This document shows, piece after piece, positions 1 through 10,319 of a DNA stretch of 64,000 nt (its first letter is position 1; each line of letters starts with the position of its first letter). The DNA comes from an uncultured delta proteobacterium (GTDB lineage Bacteria; Desulfobacterota; Binatia; UBA9968). A model generated the notes under the pieces. That model saw only the letters and a list, made by a program, of their open reading frames with translations, searched no databases and was not told where the DNA came from. The position numbers and the translations under genes are program-made. The DNA lies in NCBI GenBank assembly GCA_963728565.1, contig CAVSLC010000019.1, positions 188,334 through 252,333 on the forward strand, written 5' to 3'.

Positions 1-2717
1 AGCGGTAAAAGCTATCGCACCGGAGTCCTGCGCGAGAATGTTTGCCGGGCGCTTGAAAACCTGTATCAAGCTCTGACCGAGTTCAAAGATGACGCCGATG
101 CCGATCTTGCCGCGGCACTGCGCGACGAACTGCGTGGCTGCGTTGGCGCCTATGAAGCCGCAAAAGCCAAGGCGGGCGCCCTGGATTTTCTCGATCTCCT
201 GCTCAAGGCGCGAGATCTCATCCGGGATACCGCGGAGGTGCGTTCCACCTTTCAATTGCGCTTCAAGCGCATCTTTGTGGATGAGTTCCAGGATACCGAT
301 CCGCTGCAGGCTGAGATCCTTTTGCTTCTGGCTGCCGATGATCCGGCTGCGACCCACTGGCGTCTAACTCACCCGGTTTCCGGCAAGCTCTTTCTAGTCG
401 GTGACCCGAAACAGTCGATCTATCGCTTCCGCCGCGCCGATGTCGGGATTTATCGCAGCGTGTACGAGATGCTTCAGGCGGCGGGCGCCAGAAGGGTAAC
501 GTTGCGGACCAGTTTTCGCGCACGTCCAAATATGCAGCGTGCCATCAACGCCGCCTTCGAGCCGGTGATGACCGGCGATGGCGACGTGCTGCAGCCGGCT
601 TATGTGCCGCTCGAGCCGTTTCGTCCGGAATCCCAGGAACAGCCGTCCATGGTCGTGCTTCCCGTGCCTGAGCCGTACGGCTATCGGAGACTTTCCAATG
701 CCGCGATCGAGAAGTCGCTTCCGGATGCGGTTGGCGGTTTTATCGACTGGCTGATTAACGACAGCGGCTGGAAAGTCGCCGAACGGCCGACCACGGCGAA
801 ATCGTCTCTGGCGCCAACTACGGCGCGGGGTTTTCGGCCGGGCGAAACCGAGCATCTCGTGCGGATCCAGCCGCGCCATATCTGCCTGCTGTTTCGCCGC
901 TTCACCAGCTTTGGCGAGGACATGACGCGCCCTTACGTGGAAGCTCTCGAAGCGCGCGGGATTGCCCATCTGTTGGTCGGCGGCCGCTCGTTTCACAATC
1001 GCGCGGAGATCGAGACGTTGCGCGCCGCGCTGGCCGCCATCGAGTGGCCTGAAGATGAGTTATCGGTATTTGCAACTTTGCGCGGTTCGCTGTTTGCGAT
1101 CAGCGACGAGGAACTGCTGGAATACCGCCATCGCATCGGCCGTCTCCATCCATTTCGCATCCCGACCGAGTTTCCGGCAAATCTTGCCGTTATCGTCGAG
1201 GGTCTCAAATTGTTGCAAGCGCTCCACCGCCATCGCAATCGGGTATCAGTGGCGACAACGATTGCCTCGCTGCTCGAGGCTACACGGGCGCATGTCGGCT
1301 TTGCGCTGGAGCACGGCGGTGAACAGGTGCTTGCGAATGTTGCGCACGTCATCGACTTGGCGCGCCGCTACGAGACCGAAGGCGGCATCTCATTTCGCGG
1401 CTTCATCGAGGCGCTACGCGAGCAGGCCGAAAGCGGCGAGGCCGGGGAAGCTCCGATTCTCGAGGAAGGCAGCGACGGCGTGCGGTTGATGACGGTGCAT
1501 AAAGCCAAAGGGCTGGAATTCCCGGTGGTGATCCTCGCCGACATGACTGCGAAGCTGCGCCCGTCCGTCGCTAGCCGGTATCTCGATTCCGAGCGCAACG
1601 TGTGCGCGATCAGACTCGGCGGATGCGCGCCGGCCGATTTGCTCGATCACGAAGACGAAGAATTGCTGCGCGATGAGGCCGAGGGTATCCGCGTGGCGTA
1701 CGTAGCGGCAACTCGCGCGCGCGATCTTCTGGTGATTCCGGCCGTTGGCGATGAGGAGAGAGAAGGCTGGATCCAGCCGCTCAACACAGCGGTTTATCCT
1801 GCGAAGGAGGCGCGTCGTCAGCAGGTTCAAGCGCCCGGATGTGTGGAGTTCCAATCCAAAGATTCCGTATGGGTCCGGCCCGGCGGCAGCGCGGCCAGCG
1901 CGAGCACGGTGTGTCCTGGCCTGCACGTTTGTAGGGGAAGAGGCCCTTCACAGATAAGCGAGTTTTCGGTGGTCTGGTGGGATCCACGCACGCTGAAGCT
2001 TGGCGCTGAGGCGCCGCTCGGTCTTCGCCGGCCGGAGCTGATCGTAAGAGACGTCGCGCCCGCGATTGTCGATTCAGGTCTTGCCGCTTACAATTCTTGG
2101 CGCGAGCGACACCAGCAAGCCATTGCCGCCGGCAGTCATAGCTCGGTGGCACCGAGGACTGTCACCCAGGCGGCGAAGAGCGGCGACGAATCAGCGCCCG
2201 ACTTGAAGCTCGCGGCGTGTAGAAATTGTCGAGCTGCCGCGCGCCAGCCAACCGGCCGTCGGGACGACGTTTCGGCACCCTGGTACACGCCGTTCTTGCG
2301 AGCGTCCCGCTCGATGGCGATCTGAACATCATCCAACGTCTCGCAACCATTCACGGCCGCATCCTGGGTGCACCTCAGGACGAAGTCGATGCTGCCAGTG
2401 AGAGTGTGCGGGTTGCGCTGGCGCATCGAGTCTTCGAGCATGCGCGCCAAGCTGCTCAACAAGGCCGTTGTCGCCGTGAAGTGCCGATCGCTTGGCGCGA
2501 TCCTGACGGCTTGCTCATTGAAGGTGTAATCGATCTTGCCTTTGAGCATGCCGGCGGCTGGACAGTGATCGATTATAAGACTGACGAAGAGTTTCGTGGG
2601 GATGAACCCGCCTATCGGCGGCAAGTGGGAATGTACGCAGCCGCGATCAACGCGGCCAATGGTGCGCCAGTTGCGGCGCTTGCTAATGCGAGTGTAACAA
2701 ATGCCAAGCCAATGTAG
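1..2717 (+). CDS. addA: ATP-dependent helicase/nuclease subunit A (AddA/UvrD-like), 5'-truncated by the window, with a frameshift near 2220
   Basis: Frame open from base 1. SF1 motifs VDEFQDTD, VGDPKQSIYRFRRAD, MTVHKAKGLEF, YVAATRA. The C-terminal PD-(D/E)xK nuclease (GTLVHAVL...GVIDL...IDYKT) is in the shifted ORF 2226-2717. Confidence 0.9.
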
Positions 2718-2827
2718 TGCAGGCAAGATTCAAATCAACTGGCTGAGATGGCGGTAGGCTGCGAGATTGATGTAGATTTTTTTCCACGTCGCCGTCCTTG
2801 ATGTTTTCCCGAGTAGCAAGCTGACTA

Positions 2828-3403
2828 CTAATGCGGTGACCGGGTCCAAGTTGTGCCATTCTGCCATTCGATCCGGTCGCGCTTGACATCGCCTCTCAAT
2901 CCGCCTTCCCAATCGAGAGCGCGAATATCGCCATCACGAACTGTTTGTATTCGGCTCGTCTGACCGCGTTCGTTTCTCGCTTGAAGACCGTCCCGCGAAG
3001 ACACAATTTCGACTCGTTTGTCATGGGCGCCATTTAAATACCAGGTTCCGGTCAAATTCCGTCGATGAGACGGCGCGCGCGTCCACGTTGACCCATTCGC
3101 CCATTCGATAGTATCCCGTCTGATATGCCCGCGCAGTCCACCTTCCCAATCCAAAGCCCGGACATTGTTGCCGCGCGTTTCCAATCGACTTGTTGCGCCA
3201 TGTTCGTTTCTAGCTTGAAGGCCCCGGCGCGAGGTGCGGATCTCCACAGGCTTATCGCGCTCGCCGTTTGAGTACCATTTGCCGAGAAGGTTTGCCTCAC
3301 GCCTGTCGGGTCCACCTCTTTCGTACGGCTGTGCAGAAACCAGAACGGGAGCGGCGAGAAGAGCTGTGAGCAGACCGGCATAGAGTAATTTCAAGTGTCT
3401 CAT
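2828..3403 (-). CDS. Secreted protein with two tandem ~70-aa beta-rich repeats
   Basis: Signal peptide (LLYAGLLTALLAAPVLVSA). Two copies of G.WY.NG..DK.VEI...R.GLQARNE.G.TSR...RALDWEGGLRG...RD.IEW.NG.TWTR. RBS GGAGG upstream. Confidence 0.8.
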   Translation of the reverse strand: MRHLKLLYAGLLTALLAAPVLVSAQPYERGGPDRREANLLGKWYSNGERDKPVEIRTSRRGLQARNEHGATSRLETRGNNVRALDWEGGLRGHIRRDTIEWANGSTWTRAPSHRRNLTGTWYLNGAHDKRVEIVSSRDGLQARNERGQTSRIQTVRDGDIRALDWEGGLRGDVKRDRIEWQNGTTWTRSPH

Positions 3404-4141
3404 CTAGACCTCCTTCAGAGATAAAGCCGCATACTCTGACTATTCTCTAGAAAACATTCGGCCAAGTTTGGTTCTGCACGGCGACGTCCGTCATACGGAT
3501 AATGGCGGATTGGTTGGTGATCCGAACAATAGTTTTGGGGTTGAAATCGTGCTCATTTACGCTCCGCGCCGATTTGGCTTGGTAACTCCGATGAGCGGTG
3601 AGCCGGATGAATGACGGAGCGGTGGATTACGTGTGCCGTACCGAAGTCAACAGCAGTTCCACCCAGGATAGCGAATCTGATTGTGCCATGGATCGATTCC
3701 GAGCTGATTGCCCACCGTGACATCGGAGTTACCCCACAAGCTCTAAGCGCAAGGAAAATGCCACAGTAAAATCCGGGGTACTTTGGCGGTCGTTTGATGT
3801 TGAGGAAGCGCTGCGGCGTCTACTTTTGGGTTCCTCGGGCATCGAATCAGTACGACACCGGTAAAATCCCAACAAAATTGCCGGGCAAAGAACCTTGTAG
3901 ACAACCGCTATCCAACAGCAGTAAAACTCAGAAAACTCGAGATCCGGCAACTTGGAGCCACAAGGGACAGGCTCGCCATCGCGCCGTCCCCGGCGGGCGC
4001 CAAACCGGAGTGATTTAGTCAAGAGGCTCCGGCGGAAGTTAAAAGTTGAAAGTGTTGATGAAATGCGCATCTTTATGTCAGAGCGAAATTGTATTTCAAT
4101 GATCTCTAAGGGCAAGAATGCTATGCATGCGGAGAAGACGT

Positions 4142-4561
4142 ATGGCGAAACTTACGTTTTTGCTCGGTTTGTGCGGGTCCGGTAAGACCTTTATTGCTGA
4201 ACGGCTCGCTACACAGACAGGAGCGGAGCTCTTCAGTGATTTTCTGCAGGACCAGAACAAGAACTTTCCTGCGCTTGTAAAGAATCTCAGCAGCGGAGTC
4301 GACTGCATTATAGATGAGTGGAAATATTCTATTCCCAGATTCCGGGACAAGATCTTGGCGGATCTGGTAAATGTACCCAATCTCGAAGTGGAGTGGATTT
4401 GCTTCGTGAATGATCGCGCCAGCGCAGATTGGAATGTTGTTCACCGAACCAACAAAGCCGATATCGAGGGACATCTCAGGATCAACGAGTTTCTTTCCGA
4501 TGTATACCAGTACCCTGCGCAGGCGCAGATCTTGAAAATTACGCGCATCGATGCCGGGTGA
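4142..4561 (+). CDS. Small P-loop NTPase / kinase-like protein
   Basis: Walker A GLCGSGKT at the N-terminus and a Walker B-like CIIDE. GGAG upstream of ATG 4142. Confidence 0.7.
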   Translation: MAKLTFLLGLCGSGKTFIAERLATQTGAELFSDFLQDQNKNFPALVKNLSSGVDCIIDEWKYSIPRFRDKILADLVNVPNLEVEWICFVNDRASADWNVVHRTNKADIEGHLRINEFLSDVYQYPAQAQILKITRIDAG

Positions 4562-4669
4562 ACAGTTCATCCCGTTGTGTCTGCTTGGATTTGGGGTCTT
4601 GTATGTTCTGTTTCGTGCAAGCGATAAGCGCATATGATCAAGCCGAGCGAATGAGTCAGGAGGTATACC

Positions 4670-4909
4670 ATGGACGAACTAACTGCATTAGCCATCTTGG
4701 CGAATACCCTTGAAACTTGCCTGAATACGGATCTGGGCGCGTCTGAAGTCTTTGCCGCTCTTAGTTTTCTCGCGGCGCGTGTTCCGGTAAAGTGGCCTTT
4801 CGTGGAATTTCGTCAAGGCTTGGACAGCGGTGATGAAATCGTTCGTCGTCAAATTCTCAACTCTGCGTTAGCCGCGATCAAGTTACTCCTCAGGGCTCGG
4901 CAACGATAA
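4670..4909 (+). CDS. Hypothetical protein (79 aa)
   Basis: Strong RBS AGGAGG and plausible helical composition. No recognised motif. Confidence 0.55.
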   Translation: MDELTALAILANTLETCLNTDLGASEVFAALSFLAARVPVKWPFVEFRQGLDSGDEIVRRQILNSALAAIKLLLRARQR

Positions 4910-5499
4910 AGCAGTGCTACGCCTCATCCTCGGGTCGTTGCTCGAGCGTTGTCGAGAGCATTTTCGGGTACAAAGTCTCGGAGAATAACTAATGGAAAAT
5001 TGCAAATGCACAGCGCGGGGACACGGTCACCCTGACAATCAATGCCATAATATCGCCGACACCGCCGACGGCTACTGTCAAACATGCTCCGAAAAAATCG
5101 GTAAGGCGACACAGGAATCGGAACGGTCCGGGCCCAAGTCACCGATGGGGCAGTAGTCTTGCCGGCGTGGCGGAGCGTTGCCCGCAGAGCATCTGCCGCG
5201 GTTGAGGTAAATATCAATTTCTGTTTGTAAGGTAGCGCTACAGCATACAGGATCGATAAAAGAAACTGCCTGCCGGCTGGCCGCTGATGAACATGCGCGA
5301 TGAGATGCAGCGTTATCGAATCCAGCGTTTAGCGATATCCAACTAGCGTTGCAAGTTTCTTTATTCCGTTTTGCAAAACCTTCGATTGACTAATCACCCA
5401 CGCCTCTGTTATTCCGGCAACAGATTCCGCGGCTGAGATTTTTCACAGCTTTGCTGGCGTATTCCTATTCGAAACTTGAATTTGAAGGTGGTCACCCGC

Positions 5500-6510
5500 A
5501 TGTGGCGTTTTTTCACTCGAATCTTTTCGATTGTTTGTGTTTTTGCGATCCAACCTGATGCCGGCTTCAGCCAAACCCGCCCCAAAGTTGTCGTCGGCTA
5601 TGCATCGATGAGTACCGTGGCAACGACGCTTTGGGTGGCGCAGGAGCGGGGGTTCTTTGCGAAAAACGGTCTCGATGTGCAGGCGATTTTTATCCCTGGA
5701 TCGCCGACCTTGATTGCCTCGCTTAATACCGGCGACGTGCACTTCGGTTATACTGGCGGAACAGCGACCTTGGGCGCCGCGGTGGGCGGCCTCGATATCA
5801 AAATGATCGCCGCCTTTGCCAATCACGTTCAAACCGATCTCGTAGTGCGGCCGGAGATCAAAACACCCGCCGATTTGCGGGGCAAGCGGATCGGCGTCAC
5901 CAGCATCGGCGGCACCGGCTGGATGTCGGCGATGCTCGGACTCGAACAGATCGGTTTGAACCCTGACCGCGATAAAATCTTGCTTGCCGCTTTCGGCGAT
6001 CAGCGGGTGATCACCCAGGCGCTTGAGACGGGCACGATTCAGGGCGCGTCCCTGGCCGGCGTTTTCGGCCAACGTTTGAAACGCGCCGGCTATCATTTCA
6101 TGGGCGACCTGGAAAAAATTCCGCTGGTCGGCACCAGCATTGTGGTCAAATCGGACTATCTGGCGAAGCAGCAGTCGATTGCGCGTAATACTCTAAAAGC
6201 GATGATCGAGAGCCATGCTTTTGTTCACAATCCCGCGAACAAGGCCGCGGTTATCGAAATCACCTCGAAAAAGCTGGGCATCACCGATCCGGTTGCGGCT
6301 AACGACGGCTATGAAGATTACCTGCGGCGCACCGATCGGAAAGCCTCTATCTCCATCGAAGGCGTGAAAAATATTCAGCGCTTCATGAAGTTACGCAATC
6401 CCAAGATCGCAGATGTCAATCTCGAGCGTTTGATCGACGAAAGTCTTTTACGCGAGCTCGAGAAAAGCGGCTTGATGGAGCAGTCGTCCCGGGGGGAAAC
6501 GGTTCGCTGA
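5500..6510 (+). CDS. ABC transporter substrate-binding protein, NitT/TauT (SsuA/THI5-like) family
   Basis: Signal peptide. Motifs LWVAQERGFFAKNGLDV and IKTPADLRGKRIG. Confidence 0.88.
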   Translation: MWRFFTRIFSIVCVFAIQPDAGFSQTRPKVVVGYASMSTVATTLWVAQERGFFAKNGLDVQAIFIPGSPTLIASLNTGDVHFGYTGGTATLGAAVGGLDIKMIAAFANHVQTDLVVRPEIKTPADLRGKRIGVTSIGGTGWMSAMLGLEQIGLNPDRDKILLAAFGDQRVITQALETGTIQGASLAGVFGQRLKRAGYHFMGDLEKIPLVGTSIVVKSDYLAKQQSIARNTLKAMIESHAFVHNPANKAAVIEITSKKLGITDPVAANDGYEDYLRRTDRKASISIEGVKNIQRFMKLRNPKIADVNLERLIDESLLRELEKSGLMEQSSRGETVR

Positions 6511-6554
6511 CAAATAATTAATTCCACTTAGATTCGCAAAAGGAGGAAGCAATT

Positions 6555-7647
6555 ATGGCGATTGATGGAATGAAAGTGATCGATCTCGACAGCCACCTGG
6601 TGGGTGACTTGGAGAGTTGGGATCAAACAGTCGAAGCAAAATACAAAGAGTTCTTGCCGCGTAAACTGCCGACCAAAGACAACGAAAGGCGCAAGACTCT
6701 CGTCGGCAATCAGATCATGATCGGCTCCGAGCTCGGCCGCCAGAAGGCGGAGAAAAAAGAGTGGGTCACCCCGAATGATCTGACGGCGCACGGGCGGGTT
6801 CGCAACATGGATCTTGACGGCATCGATGTCGCCGTACTTTCGCCCAATTCGCCGGCGCTCGATATTCTGTGGTTTGTCGATGATCCGGAGTTGGCGGCCG
6901 CTTATGCCCGGGCGCAGAATAATTACATGAACTACTACGCTTCGCAGCAACCGGGGCGGCTGATGTGGGCCGGCGTGATTCCTCTTCAGGATCCTAAGGA
7001 GGCAATCAAGGAACTGCACCGGTCGCGCGAAATGGGCAGCAAAGCGCTCAATGTAAAAGCCACTCCGATTCCCGGCAAGGAGTGGTGGGATCCGCACTTC
7101 GATCCGATCTTCGACGAGCTGGAAAAAACCAACACGCCGATTATTTTCCATGATACCAAGACCGGTTCCATGGGCCACGAGCGCTTCGCTGACAATTTTT
7201 TCTTCTCGCACATGGTCGGTCGCACCATTGAAAGCATGGTCTGTTTAATGATCTATCTTTGCGGCGGCGTGATGGAAAAACACCCGGATCTGAAAATCAT
7301 TTGCCTCGAAACCGGCGCGTCGCAGATGCCATGGTGGTTATCGCGGATGGATGAGCATTGGGAGAAGCTGCCGCACTTGGTTCCTTGGCAGAAGCGCAAG
7401 CCCAGTGATATTTTTAATGAGAGTGTCTATGTCGGTTGCGAGCCATTCGAAGACGGGTTGTTTGAATGGGCGGTTGAATATCTCGGCGGCGATCGGCTTG
7501 TGCTTGGCAACCGATTCTCCTCATTGGGATTCGTCACAGCCGGGGCAGGTGACCGGTCCGGTGGCAAAGAGCACCAAGATTTCCCAAGATAACAAGCGCA
7601 AGGTCTTGGGCGAAAACGCCATCAATTTATTGGGGCTCGGCCTTTGA
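6555..7647 (+). CDS. Amidohydrolase_2 family protein (ACMSD/LigI-like), frameshift near 7503
   Basis: IDLDSH, MDLDGIDVAVLSP, PIIFH and LETGASQMPWWLSRMD. The C-terminus (ATDSPHWDS...KVLGENA) is in the shifted ORF 7351-7647. Confidence 0.85.
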
Positions 7648-7741
7648 CGAGCCGTCTTATCACATAATCGGCGCGACTTACCGGCGCGATGAGGCGCAGA
7701 AGCTAAAGCGGTGAAGCGCATCCGTAAAGAAAGGAGACTGC

Positions 7742-8755
7742 ATGACTAGGTGGCTAATCGCTGTTGTCGTGATCTTTGGTTTCCTGGGTGCTCCAGGCCA
7801 ATTTTATGCCGCAGCGGCAGGCAAGCAGGTGGTTATCGCTCATGCGGCGATGAACGCGCGAGTCGCGCCTCTCTGGGTTGCCCGCGAGCGCGGCTTTTTT
7901 GCCAAGTACGGCGTCGAAGCGGATACCATCTTCGTACGCGGCGCGCCGACTCTGGTGGCAGCCATGCAGTCGAACGAGATTGACGTCGGCTACACCGGAG
8001 GCACGGCTGTGGTGGGGGCGGTCGCCAATGGCGCCGATCTGAAGGTTCTTTCAGCGTTCACCAATCGCATCACTTACGATTTGATGGTGAAGCCCGGGAT
8101 CAAACGACCGGAGGATTTACGCGGTAAGATATTCGGCATTCAAAGTATCGGCGGCACCGTTTGGATGGGAGCCATTCTGGCCTTGGAGCACTTAAAATTG
8201 GACGCCGAGCGTGACAAGATCAATATCATCGCTGTCGGCGATCAGAATGTACTGGCGCAAGCGCTGGAAACAGGCACTATCGACGCGACGGTGTTGGACG
8301 GTGTGCAAAGCCGTCGTCTGAACGCTCTGGGTTTTCCGACGCTCGCCGATTTAAATAAAGCGAATCTGCCGATCCTAAGCTCCGGCTTCGTCATGCGAGA
8401 GCCCAATTTGCAGAAAAACCCACAGCTGGCGGAAAATCTGATGAAGGCGGTCATCGAAGGGGCTGCGTTTTCGCTATCGATGTCGCAGAAACCCAGCACA
8501 CTAAAAATTTTGCAAAAGTATCTTCGAATCACTGAAAAGGACGCCGAAGAAGGCTATCGAGATCTGGTTTCGGGCACGGACAAGAAACCCTATGCTGCAC
8601 CGGCGGGTGTCACCAATGTCGTTCGATTGATGAAACGAAGTAATCCAAAGGTTGAAAAAGTGAAACCGGAACAACTGATCGATGACCGGATTTTGAAAAA
8701 ACTCGATCAGAGCGGTTTTATCGACGAGGTGCTGGCCAAATACGGAGTGAAATGA
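7742..8755 (+). CDS. ABC transporter substrate-binding protein, NitT/TauT family
   Basis: Signal peptide, PLWVARERGFFAKYG and PEDLRGK. Paralog of 5500-6510. Confidence 0.88.
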   Translation: MTRWLIAVVVIFGFLGAPGQFYAAAAGKQVVIAHAAMNARVAPLWVARERGFFAKYGVEADTIFVRGAPTLVAAMQSNEIDVGYTGGTAVVGAVANGADLKVLSAFTNRITYDLMVKPGIKRPEDLRGKIFGIQSIGGTVWMGAILALEHLKLDAERDKINIIAVGDQNVLAQALETGTIDATVLDGVQSRRLNALGFPTLADLNKANLPILSSGFVMREPNLQKNPQLAENLMKAVIEGAAFSLSMSQKPSTLKILQKYLRITEKDAEEGYRDLVSGTDKKPYAAPAGVTNVVRLMKRSNPKVEKVKPEQLIDDRILKKLDQSGFIDEVLAKYGVK

Positions 8756-8757
8756 TT

Positions 8758-8902
8758 GAGCAGGTGGAAATTTCCCATCTGCTTCGTTGCGCTTGCTTCG
8801 CCTTGGAATCGTGCCCGTGGGACGTATTCGATTCGTTCGGAATCTCGTCACGTTCGGCGAAGTCAGGCTCGCGCCTCGCATCTGGAATGTTTTGACTTGC
8901 TC
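8758..8902. repeat. Intergenic palindromic (REP/MITE-like) element
   Basis: Imperfect ~25-nt terminal inverted repeats (GAGCAGGTGGAAA... / ...TTTTGACTTGCTC) and an inner TTCGCC/GGCGAA pairing. It can fold into one long hairpin. Confidence 0.5.
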
Positions 8903-8936
8903 GTGAATGCAGATAGAACAAAGGAGTAGTAAAACA

Positions 8937-10072
8937 ATGTATATCGACGGTGATACTCATTACTGGCCATTGCGATTTATCGATAAGAGTTTCGCATCCG
9001 GGAAAAGGGCATGTCGAAATTACCGATGATACCGGCGACTATCTTCGTTACGGGCATGCAGTGCCGGGCAAAGTCGCAACTTATTATCGCGACGGCAAAA
9101 AGATTCATTCGTTCAAAGAGGGTCGCTGGAGCATCCCGCTGCGCGCTGAGTTCATGAAAAAGGACGGTTTTGATATCCAGGTTTTGATTCCCGATAATCG
9201 GCCATTGATCTACGAGTGCGATGCCGAGCTCGGTCGGCAGTTGGCGCGAGCGTATAACGATACCGTTGCCGAAGATATTCAAGGCGACGACCGGTTCATC
9301 GGCGTTGCCTGGATTTATTTGCCGGACATCAAGGAGTCCGTTAAAGAGCTGCGTCGCGCGGTGAAAGATCTCGGGCTTAAGGCGGTAAAGCTCAACGGCG
9401 GCTGGGGCGACGGTGATCTCGACAATGAGGTCTTATGGCCGCTTTACGAAGAGATCGCCGATCTCGACATACCGATACTACTTCATCCGGCAGCCCGGGT
9501 ATTCGAGTTGCAGCATAGCCATCCCTGGCTTGTCGGCAGCGAGCGGTTTCAGGGGTATCAACACTTTCCCACTGCGTTGGGATTTTCATTGACCTACATG
9601 GTTAGCGCTTCACGTTTGATATTTGGCGGAGTACTGGATCGCTTTCCGACGCTTGAAGTTTGCTTTTTTTGAAGGGGGCATCGGCTGGGTGCCGTGGTTG
9701 ATGCACACACTAAACGCCCATACTCCAAACGAAGCGGGCGTCTCGGTCGCCGTGCAACAGTTCTTCGAAGGCAAACAGGCGATCAAGAAACTACCGAGCG
9801 AGTACTTCAACCAATTTTACATCGCGGCGGTATCTTGGGAATCCTACTTAGCCGAGACGATCAAAGGTTGGCCTAATCATAACATTATCATCGGCAGCGA
9901 TTTTGATCATGGCGATGCCGTCGCCACTTGGCCGAAAACGGTTGAAGTGATCAAGGGAATGAAAGAGTTATCGGAGCAGGACAAGGAACGAGTTCTCGGT
10001 GGCAATGCGATGCGCTTATTTGGCATGAATGGCAATGGCGCGCGGCGACAAGCGGCTCAGGCTCGTAACTAG
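8937..10072 (+). CDS. Amidohydrolase_2 family protein, frameshifts near 8986 and 9655
   Basis: ATG 8937 after AAGGAG gives MYIDGDTHYWP. It continues in ORF 8950-9672 (ARAYND, PILLHP) and ORF 9623-10072 (FEGGIGWVP, GSDFDH, VLGGNA). Confidence 0.82.
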
Positions 10073-10319
10073 ATTCGGTTTTTGTCACCGAGGCTTTTGG
10101 AGATCAATTATCCTGGCTCATCCGGTCGTCTGTTAGACGACTTTTCAACTGCTGACATATCGAATTGCGGTTCTATGGCTCGGTGATCCTAACGCCTTGA
10201 CGAGCACTGTTCGTGAGCTCGCGGAGACACTCGCTCTAAAGCGCCTGAATTGACAATGAAGAGGGCATTGGATAATGATTTTGCATAAAATATTTCATAC
10301 ATTCGTGTAGGAGGAGTCG

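Noticed and set aside
3450-4115. Short ORFs on both strands (e.g. 3729-4115, 3794-4018)
   Set aside because: No RBS, motif or coding-like composition. Treated as intergenic or decayed DNA.
10250-10276. sigma70 promoter TTGACA...GATAAT upstream of ubiD
   Set aside because: The spacer is only 15 bp. Plausible, but too weak to call.
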